This document shows, piece after piece, positions 25,155-33,200 of a stretch of DNA of 50,477 nucleotides. The first letter of the stretch is position 1, and the number at the start of each line of letters is the position of its first letter. The DNA is from a virus. Its lineage: Duplodnaviria; Caudoviricetes. The stretch spans positions 1 to 50,477 of the IMG/VR virus record IMGVR_UViG_3300037458_000621; one strand, given 5' to 3'. The notes below the pieces were generated by a model. That model had not been told where the DNA came from, ran no database searches, and worked only from the letters and a program-made list of their open reading frames with translations. The translations under genes were made by a program, and so were the position numbers.

Positions 25155-25566
25155 GACCACGTTCTACACCAGCGTCCATCGCTTTCTTCCACCGCTGAGC
25201 CAACTGCATCGCGAGAAGATGGCGAACCCGTACCGAGGTGGTACGGCGGATCATTGGTACGACGCTACGCGAGACCTCTGGGTCGAGTGGAAGTTCATCA
25301 AGGTGCCCAAGCGTGACGACACTGTGATTGACTTTGTCAACGGCAAAGACCCCATCATCAGTAATCTTCAACAAGAATGGATCAAGGGGCGCTACGCCAA
25401 TAACCGCCATGTGTGGATTATTGTCGGTTGCGAAGATGGCGGAGTCATCATGGAGCATCCTTTTCAATGGCAAGCTCCTTGGACCGCAAAGCAGTTTCGA
25501 GAAAAACTCTTGCCGCGTAAAAATATCGCGGCTCGTATTTGGAACCATTGTCGGAGTACTGCGTGA
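25138..25566 (+). CDS. PD-(D/E)XK nuclease, VRR-NUC/Holliday-junction-resolvase-like
   Basis: E..F, GTAD, WVEWK, LQQEW. Confidence 0.7.
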   Translation: MASKPETTFYTSVHRFLPPLSQLHREKMANPYRGGTADHWYDATRDLWVEWKFIKVPKRDDTVIDFVNGKDPIISNLQQEWIKGRYANNRHVWIIVGCEDGGVIMEHPFQWQAPWTAKQFREKLLPRKNIAARIWNHCRSTA

Positions 25567-25724
25567 ATTTCCAGCCTCTCTTCACCACGGCGCGTGTGGT
25601 TACTGCGACGTACCGCGTCATCAGCACTACCTTGCTTCTGCTGTACCTCGCACGACGTGTACGTGAGAAACGCTCTATCCCAAACGCAACGCGCCGCCGA
25701 CGTGAACTGTTTGGCGTGGAATGA
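25563..25724 (+). CDS. small hydrophobic/basic protein
   Basis: SD GGAG, GTGA overlap. Confidence 0.5.
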   Translation: MNFQPLFTTARVVTATYRVISTTLLLLYLARRVREKRSIPNATRRRRELFGVE

Positions 25725-25960
25725 ACTGGGACAAGACGATGGTAGATCGAGCCGCTGCTGAGGGGTGGCGGCTGTGCACTGTCATCGACAACGGCACCGC
25801 TCACCCTTACCTGATGATCGGGCGCGGTGAGCAGAGCAGATTCGTCGATGACCGGCGCGCAGGAGAGCACGTAGTGCATATGGCGCGTCAGACTTCTCTA
25901 CTGCATCAGCACGCTCTGGCCCTTGTGATGCAGAGCCGAGTGAAGGGAACCAAGAAATGA
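25721..25960 (+). CDS. hypothetical protein
   Basis: ATGA overlaps on both sides. Confidence 0.65.
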   Translation: MNWDKTMVDRAAAEGWRLCTVIDNGTAHPYLMIGRGEQSRFVDDRRAGEHVVHMARQTSLLHQHALALVMQSRVKGTKK

Positions 25961-26859
25961 GTAAGTCCTTCAAGCCCATGCTCGCGTCACCGGCCGACCT
26001 TGATGCTGTGCGCTATCCGGTCTTCGCTTCGCCCAAGCTCGATGGTATTCGCGCCAGTGTAGTTGGCGGCAAATTGCTGAGCCGTACGCTGAAGGAGATT
26101 CCAAGCCGACATGTGTTCAATCTTCTTAGTAAGCCTGAATTTGAAGGCTTAGATGGCGAACTGATTGTTGGTAAACCCACAAACCCAAGCTGCTATCGCG
26201 ATACAGTCAGCAATGTAATGGCGGATAATAAGGTGTTTGCTTTTCGCTACTATGTCTTTGACATATGGAATTGTTTTGATCGTTTTGCTAGACGTCGTTT
26301 GCATTTGCAGCGATCATTTTTTGAAGCTGGTTGTGACACTGGTATATTCAGCCATGTGCTTCATGTTTTATTGCAGAATCGCGAGCAGCTCGACGCCTAC
26401 GAAGCTGAACAGGTCAACCTGGGTTATGAAGGAATCATGCTCGCCGATCCCAATGCCCACTACAAATTTGGCCGTGCTACTACCAAGGGTGGTGAGCTGC
26501 TAAAAGTCAAGCGCTTCGTTGATTCTGAAGCTGAAGTCATTGGCATTGAAGAAGAAATGCATAATACCAATGAAGCCCAAACCAACGAACTGGGCCGTAC
26601 GAAGCGATCTACCGCGCAAGCTGGGCTTACTGGTAAAGGTACGATGGGCGCGCTCATCGTACGCGACTTGAAGACCAAAATCGAATTCAACATCGGTACT
26701 GGGTTCACAGCCGAAGATCGAAAATGGTAGTGGAATGAAGTAAATGGATCGCCATCACCAGCTTTGAATCGAATCATCAAGTACAAGTTCTTTCCAGTAG
26801 GCATCAAAGATAAACCTCGTCATCCAGTGTATCTAGGCTTGCGTCCGGCAGGAGCATAA
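25957..26859 (+). CDS. ATP-dependent DNA ligase containing an in-frame TAG at 26728-26730
   Basis: Motif I SPKLDGIR, III LDGE, IIIa YVFD, IV EGIML, V LLKVK; OB-fold continues in frame after TAG (WNEV...IKYKFF...KPRHPVYLGLR) to TAA 26857-26859, adjacent to the next ATG. Confidence 0.85.
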
Positions 26860-27084
26860 ATGAGTACGAAGAAGTTCCTCCGAGACCTCAAACGCCAGGC
26901 TTCTGTTGCCGGGTTCGAAACAATCAGTGTTGTATCGACTAGAACGAGCCATTTCAAGATTACGTTCACAGATGGTTCGCAACAATGGACCATGCCAGTT
27001 TCAAGTTCTCCTGCAAACTACAACCACGCCATCGACAATGTTATCCAGGATCTTCGACGTTCGAAGCGCGGCGCAATGGCGTAA
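26860..27084 (+). CDS. HicA-like small protein
   Basis: Helix-GF-beta-SH-beta pattern (AGFETISVVSTRTSHFKITF...SSPA...IQDLRR); SD AGGAG. Confidence 0.5.
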   Translation: MSTKKFLRDLKRQASVAGFETISVVSTRTSHFKITFTDGSQQWTMPVSSSPANYNHAIDNVIQDLRRSKRGAMA

Positions 27085-27274
27085 TACTCGTCTCGCCTGC
27101 CACTGCGGCGGCTATCATTTTCCTCACCGACGCGGCGGCGGCGCTTGTGAACATAACTCGGCGACAGACTACTGGTGGGCGCTCCGCCATGGAGTCTCTC
27201 AGCAAGAAGCCATGCAGTTGTTGAGCGTGGCAAATTTAGAGCGCATGTTTCCACTACCGGAGTTCAATAAATGA
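27038..27274 (+). CDS. Cys/His-rich hypothetical protein (start uncertain)
   Basis: CHCGGYHFPHRRGGGACEH; stop overlaps the next ATG; no clear SD. Confidence 0.5.
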   Translation: MLSRIFDVRSAAQWRNTRLACHCGGYHFPHRRGGGACEHNSATDYWWALRHGVSQQEAMQLLSVANLERMFPLPEFNK

Positions 27275-27483
27275 AATTGCATCGTGTTTTCTATACCCTC
27301 GATGGGCATGATTTCATCGAATTTACCTCTAGCGCTGCTGGAGCTGGGAAGATTCGTGCACGAGTCAAGAAGCTGAAGGCTGACGTTACCAAGAGCGACG
27401 AAGTCGATCTTTTGTCGGGTCGATTGGAACTGATTAAATTCTTGAACGACCTCACAGCACACGAATCGTCGAAGGAGGACTGA
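27271..27483 (+). CDS. hypothetical protein
   Basis: SD GGAG, ATGA overlap. Confidence 0.65.
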   Translation: MKLHRVFYTLDGHDFIEFTSSAAGAGKIRARVKKLKADVTKSDEVDLLSGRLELIKFLNDLTAHESSKED

Positions 27484-27485
27484 AT

Positions 27486-28028
27486 ATGACTTGGTGGGGC
27501 GGTGGATGGGGTAACCATGTGCCCCAGTCTGCGAAGGAAGTCGCCAAGGCTTTCTTCGCGGGCAAGAGTTTGCGTCGTTCAAGCTGTCGTACTAACGGCG
27601 AGAGTTACTGGTTTATTAACTCAGATGGAAGAGAAGTTGAGATTGCTCGACGACTCAAAGACGACAAAGCGATTGCAGAAGCTGTCGTTGAAGCACTTAG
27701 CGGTGTTGAAACTTGGCGTCCTTTGGAATTCAACACGCGAGGATGGCGTACTCCAACTACTGCTCGACACTTCAACGCACTCGGACTTAAAGTTCAGTGT
27801 ATCGGACGGAAGAATGTAAAGTTCTGGGTAAATGGGCGTCTTATGCCAGATAGTTGGATGGGGTTCTTTTCGTTTGATGACATCAGTGCTTGGCCGGACA
27901 AAGATCCAGATGAAGTAGCTCGGGAAGAAAGACGAGCCCGAGTCTGGGCCCGAAAGGAACGTAGGTTCGTACAGCTCACACCAAGCCTTTTTGAATGGGA
28001 CGATTATGAGCGGCTGGCAAAAAGTTGA
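27486..28028 (+). CDS. hypothetical protein
   Basis: SD AGGAGG; 180 aa. Confidence 0.7.
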   Translation: MTWWGGGWGNHVPQSAKEVAKAFFAGKSLRRSSCRTNGESYWFINSDGREVEIARRLKDDKAIAEAVVEALSGVETWRPLEFNTRGWRTPTTARHFNALGLKVQCIGRKNVKFWVNGRLMPDSWMGFFSFDDISAWPDKDPDEVAREERRARVWARKERRFVQLTPSLFEWDDYERLAKS

Positions 28029-28200
28029 ACGTGGGTGGTATATCCATGAAACTGGTGCCGTAGTACAGATATGGTATTCAGAGAATAAAAGAAATCCTGT
28101 CTGGCATGCATGGCGCCCACAAACTCCTGACGCTGATTTTTATGAATTCCCAACACGGCGTGAAGCATGTGAATGGGCGCTTGGTTTGGAGAAAGCATGA
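28006..28200 (+). CDS. hypothetical Trp-rich protein
   Basis: ATG 28006; stop overlaps the next start. Confidence 0.55.
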   Translation: MSGWQKVERGWYIHETGAVVQIWYSENKRNPVWHAWRPQTPDADFYEFPTRREACEWALGLEKA

Positions 28201-28427
28201 TGGAAGAAACGAAAGAAGCGCCGGACATGGCGCGGGCCGCGCTGCTGTGGGTGTTGTGGCACCACCAAGGCGGCAGTAGTTCGGTAGGCCAACCGATTCG
28301 TTTTGCGCTTGGCATCGGCCCCCATGACCGCATGACAGAGGCCCAGATCGCCGAGGCGAAGACGTGGGCTGCTCGCCGAGACGAGGTCAGAGAACACGAG
28401 TACGAGAGAAGCCTCCTGCGAGGCTGA
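28197..28427 (+). CDS. hypothetical protein
   Basis: SD GGAG, ATGA overlap; LLWVLWHHQGGSS.VGQPIR motif. Confidence 0.65.
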   Translation: MMEETKEAPDMARAALLWVLWHHQGGSSSVGQPIRFALGIGPHDRMTEAQIAEAKTWAARRDEVREHEYERSLLRG

Positions 28428-28439
28428 CGAGAAGAAGAC

Positions 28440-28634
28440 ATGAAGATCCGTCCACCGTTGAACGGTCAATCGCCCAGAACTCTGCGCGAAGCTTCTCGCG
28501 ACCCGTGGGACTGGTGGGAAACTAGTCCTAGACCAAGCACTCCGCCCGAGCATATGGCCGGCGCGATCATCTTCCTCGTCATTGTGATCATCAGCGTCGC
28601 AGGGGCGTTGCACTTGTTCTTGAGGAGTGTGTGA
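28440..28634 (+). CDS. small protein with C-terminal transmembrane helix
   Basis: PRTLREA motif; AIIFLVIVIISVAGALHLFL. Confidence 0.6.
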   Translation: MKIRPPLNGQSPRTLREASRDPWDWWETSPRPSTPPEHMAGAIIFLVIVIISVAGALHLFLRSV

Positions 28635-28969
28635 TGAACGACCCCGTCGGCAACACCGCCCTTGCCAAGCAAGAAGGCGGCGACCACTACAAGAAGCTCA
28701 CCATCCAGCCGGTGGAGTACATCCACGCCAACGGCATCGGGTACTTCGAAGGCAACGTCATCAAGTACGTCACCCGCTGGCGTGACAAAGGCGGCATTGC
28801 CGATCTGCACAAAGCCAAGCATTATATCGAGCTTCTGGTCGAGCTGGAACTTAAGGCGCAACGGAAGCTGGAGAAAGAGATGGAGATCACGCAGGCGATA
28901 CGTACAACCCGAGATCGTAAAGGGGATCGAGAAGACGATGGAGAAAGAGATCGAAAAGGCGATGCGTGA
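28631..28969 (+). CDS. DUF3310 (T7 gp1.7/SaV-like) protein, C-terminus possibly frameshifted
   Basis: QEGGDHYK...IQPVEYI...GNVIKYVTRW..KGG..DL.KA.HYIE. Confidence 0.85.
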   Translation: MMNDPVGNTALAKQEGGDHYKKLTIQPVEYIHANGIGYFEGNVIKYVTRWRDKGGIADLHKAKHYIELLVELELKAQRKLEKEMEITQAIRTTRDRKGDREDDGERDRKGDA

Positions 28970-28993
28970 CGCACAGAACCGCGAGGGGACCGC

Positions 28994-29278
28994 ATGATCA
29001 AGAGGATTCTGCGAAAGATGTTTGCGTCAGCGGCGACGAAAGCGCAGATTCATGACGCGATAACGCCGAGCTGGGGCCTTCAAGGAAGGCTTGAAGAAGA
29101 GGAGCGCATCGAAGCGGCCTATTGGCGTTATGACGCAAAGCACAAGGGCTACAACGAATGGAAACTTGCGCCGATGAGTGAGCGCGAGGCCTTCAAGACC
29201 GAGATGCGTAGCGCACTGGCTGGAGAAAAGGTACGGGCCCAGATGCGGCTGGTAGCGAATGGCTGGAGGCAGCCGTGA
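28994..29278 (+). CDS. hypothetical protein
   Basis: SD GAGGGG; stop overlaps the next GTG. Confidence 0.6.
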   Translation: MIKRILRKMFASAATKAQIHDAITPSWGLQGRLEEEERIEAAYWRYDAKHKGYNEWKLAPMSEREAFKTEMRSALAGEKVRAQMRLVANGWRQP

Positions 29279-29661
29279 TCAAGGTCAATGGCATGTCCTT
29301 CGCGCTGCTGGTCAAGGCCTTGCGCATCGGGGGCGCGTCGCTTACTGATCTGAGGGACGCGACGGGCCTGCGCTACCTGACCGTGGCCTACTACGTTCGA
29401 GAGCTGAAGAAAGCAGGTGAGGTCCACGTGTCAGGACGCAGGCGCGACACCCTCGGCCGCATGTCGGTGAAGCTGTACACCTTGGGCCCTGGCATCGACG
29501 CGAAGTACAACCCTATGAGCGCTCGCGAGCGGAAGCAGCGCCAGCGGGCGCGGGAAAGCAGGGAGGAAGCGATAAGAATGCAGCGGCCTCGCAAACCAAA
29601 GCCCGACATGCTTACAGTACTCTGGGCCGGAGGACAGCATGAGTCAACTCGAACTGAGTAA
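29275..29661 (+). CDS. winged-helix DNA-binding protein
   Basis: SLTDLRDATGLRYLTVAYYVRELKKAGEVHV is wHTH-like. Confidence 0.65.
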   Translation: MIKVNGMSFALLVKALRIGGASLTDLRDATGLRYLTVAYYVRELKKAGEVHVSGRRRDTLGRMSVKLYTLGPGIDAKYNPMSARERKQRQRARESREEAIRMQRPRKPKPDMLTVLWAGGQHESTRTE

Positions 29662-29893
29662 CGTTGTAGCGAGGAGCTTGCTCGGTGCTCCTGAGCTACT
29701 CATCCAGCACGACGAAAAGGGCATGTTTCTTCAATGGGACACTCTTGAGATCGAGCTGAGCACAGGGATAGTTACGTTCAAGAATGCGCGCACTATCCTC
29801 GCTACGATGTCACTGCTAAGCGGTCCTCTTGACAGAAACAACACGATCACTTTCTCTGGTTTTGAAGGACGACTGAGAATCAAAGTCTCCTGA
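29639..29893 (+). CDS. hypothetical protein
   Basis: SD GGAGG; last gene of the + arm. Confidence 0.6.
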   Translation: MSQLELSNVVARSLLGAPELLIQHDEKGMFLQWDTLEIELSTGIVTFKNARTILATMSLLSGPLDRNNTITFSGFEGRLRIKVS

Positions 29894-29912
29894 GTTTTCA
29901 GGAGACTCTTTC
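29884..29912 (+). terminator. hairpin at end of + arm, possible terminator
   Basis: 10-bp stem AGTCTCCTGA/TCAGGAGACT, GTTT loop, short T-tract. Confidence 0.5.
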
Positions 29913-30021
29913 AAGCGGCAGATTTTTCTGTCCGCTGCGAATAGCCCACCAGTGTGCAAGATTTATAGCACATTGGGCGCGTCGCCTTCAGAGATTTGGC
30001 CGAGCTGTACGCATCCACAGC

Positions 30022-30203
30022 CCTTGCGATCTTACGCTTACGATCCCCTATCTCATCTAGACACTACATGTACCCTCTGACTACTACTATTACTTCTCTG
30101 GTGAAGTTAGTAGATCATAAGTATAAGATCATAAGAAGAGGTGCTTCTCATAGGTAAAAAGCCCTTATGATTTTTCCTCGGATCTTAGGATCTTAGGATC
30201 CTA
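30022..30203. repeat. AT/GATC-rich origin-like element, copy B
   Basis: Same ordered blocks as 3160-3332, plus 8-mer iterons GGATCTTA x2 and GGATCCTA (30180-30203); seven GATC sites. Confidence 0.75.
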
Positions 30204-30224
30204 TCCGGCGTTTTTCGAGGGCGT

Positions 30225-33200
30225 TTATTCCCCGCCGTCGAACGCCTCTCGGTACAGAGCATTCGCGGGCATACTTTTCAAGGCGAAGCGGTCGAACTGA
30301 GCGTTGCCACCGATGACCTGCACCGCGCCCCAAAGCTGCTCAGCAGTCGGGCCTGTCAGCGCCCCGACATTGCCGCCGATCGCGTCATCCAGGAATTGCC
30401 CGGTACCGTTCAGTCCTGCGCGCGCGACGCCGTTCGTAAAGTAGTCCCACAGGCTCCAGCCGGATTTCCATTCCGGCTGCTCTCCGCCACCCTGGATCAG
30501 CCCCTTCACAAGGTCCGAGGCAATCATGATCGGCACGTAGCTGGAAAGCGCCATCGCCGGCACGTAGTTTCCATGATCGAACTCGTGGGTCACGCGCTTC
30601 AGAATCGTTTCCTGGAAAGAGAAAACAAACTGCTTGAGATGCGCGACCAGAGCCCAGTGCGGATCGCTCATCCAGATTGGTTTGTCCGTCGCATCCGGCC
30701 GCAGTACCGCGCCGTCAACCCAGCGGTTCACCGCCGCCTTCATGCGGCCCGCTTCTGCCGGCGTCAGGCCGTCAGCCTGAGTGATCATGGCCCGGCCCTG
30801 CGCGTTGAGCCGTACGTCCCCCGGCTGCAGCCCCAGCTCGTTGAGCCAGCGCGCGCTGTGCGGCGACTTCTTGCCGGTGGCGTGCCGCGTCAAGAACCCG
30901 ATCGCCGCCTCAGTGGCGCCGACCCGTGACGACCGCGTCCACTGCTCCATCAGGTTGTACTTGAAGAAGGTGTCGTTGATCTTCTTCGCCGTGCTGCCAG
31001 CCATGCCCTGCAGATACAGGGCACTCAGGGTCTGCGTCAGCATGGCACTGTCGATGGTGCCGATCTCTTCAGCCAGCCGCGTCATGTCGTCGTCCGTGGC
31101 GTTCTTCTTGAAGTTCTTCACCACTTCACGCACGCCGCGCCTGAACGTGTTGAACGACTCGCTCAGCGTGCCGCCACGCACCATCACGCCCATGGGGTCG
31201 ACCACGGAGCTGAAGATCGCCAGGGGCAGCAGCCGGATGTTCTGGTAGACAATCATGTTGCCCATGAGGCGCCGTGCCTCCGGGTTGATCGTGTCGCCCA
31301 GCGTACCGTCCACTGCACGCACGAAGTTCTGCGCTGCCTTGAGCTGCTCAGGGGTCGCTCCTTCGCGCTCAGCCTCAACCAGCAGAGCCATGATGCGCTG
31401 GCTGTTGTCCCCGAAGCGCTTGGTCCACTCACCGCGGCGCGTAGCCTGCATGGTGTAGCTGCTCATGATCTCCAGCCCGTTCTTGACCATGAACGGCGCC
31501 AGCTCGGCATCGGGGATGTGCGCCAGCTTGCGGGGCTTGAGGTGCTGCATGCCGGGCTTGTCCGTGACAGCGAACTCATTGCCCTCGTTGGTGATGATCG
31601 TCTGCAGCGTGGGGTCAGCATCGACACCGTGAGCAGCCAGCACGGCCTTGAACTCGGCTTGATGTGCGCTGATGTAAGCCGTGTCGTAGATGCGTGGGAA
31701 GTAGTCACTCCCGTAGCCCATGTCCTTGACCTTGATGCCCTTCGTACGCATGTAGTCGAGCATGTTGTCGAGGTGCTCACGCATGGCGAGCTTCGCCTTG
31801 CGCGCAGCCTGCCGCTGTTCATGCGTCGCCAGTGCGTCGATCGGTGCGTTGCTCTTCGTCTGCAGGCTCTCAGTGGCAGCGAGCAGCTGCGCCTCACTGA
31901 CACCCTTGAGCTTGGCAGCCAGGGCGTTCATGCGCTGAGCGAACTCAGCACGCTGAGCCGGGATGAACCCAGGATCCTCACCCTCGTTCGTGCCGTGCAG
32001 CTTCATCGCGTCGGCGAGCTGGCGCAGCGCCGGGATGCCGGTGTCGCGCAGCCGCTGCCCGCCCGCCACCATCAGGCTTTCGCCCATGTTCAGCAGGGGC
32101 TCGGTCATCCTGCGAGCCTTCTCCAGCGCGGCGTTGCGCCCGACTTCCATGAGCTTCTTGCTGACCACGTCGCTCGGCGCACGCCCTTGCGCGTCGGTTG
32201 CGAACTCACCGCTGTGGAAGTACTCCATGATGTGCAGCGCACGCTGGTCGTTGCTCCAGATACCCAGCACGGAGCGGATGAACGCGGCGATGCGCTCGAA
32301 TACATTCTGAGCAGCTGGGCCCACAGTGAGCTGCTTGCTCGCCCAGAACTGGTACATGTACGCAGCGCGCTCCTCCGGGTTGCTGAGCTGTGCCAGCGCG
32401 GCAGGCTCGTTCGCCAGCAGGCGCCGGAGCTGGTTCATCACCGCGGCCGAGCTGCCGGCCTTCTCCAGCACGTCCATGACCTGCCCCTGCTTGAGGTCGC
32501 GCAGTCGCTCGAAGAATGCGTGCAGTGACTCATGGTACGCAGGATTCAGCGGGTTCAGGCTGTGGACGCTCAGGCGGATCACGTCGTTGACCATGCCCTG
32601 TGCGTCGGTGACGGAGGGCTCGAACTCGCCGGCATGCAGGAAGTTCTTCCACTCCACGAGGACCCACGGCGCCACGCGGCGCAGATATTCCTCAGTGGCA
32701 CGGCGGTCGACCGGGCCCGTGGCGCTGGGGGCAGTCCTGGTCTTGTCGAAGTGGACGTACTTTGTCTCGATCTTGCTGTCGTCGTAGATGACGTAGTTGC
32801 GGAACCGCTTTTCGTTGCCGAACTGTGCATCGTGAATGTTGCCCAGGATGCCGAGGGACTGAAGGAAGTCGGAGGCAGCAGCTTGAGAGCCGAGTTTCTT
32901 CGTCATCAGTTTGTAGAACTCTTCGCCGGTGTAGCGCTGCTCGACGGCGCGCACGTACTCGCCCTTCTTCCCGCCGCTCTGCATGTACTCGCGGATCTCA
33001 CGCAGGTTGCCGCCCCACTGTCCGTCGACCGATCCAATACTCTTGCCGTCCTTGAAAATGAACGTGCGCCCGATACTGTTCGTGCTTACTTCGTAGCGTT
33101 CGCCCCCATAGAGGAAGGATGCTTGCGGTGCGCCGTCAAAAATCGACGTTGAGAGGGCGGGCTTCTCGACCCACTCGAAAGGCTTAGGCTCCCCGACGGG

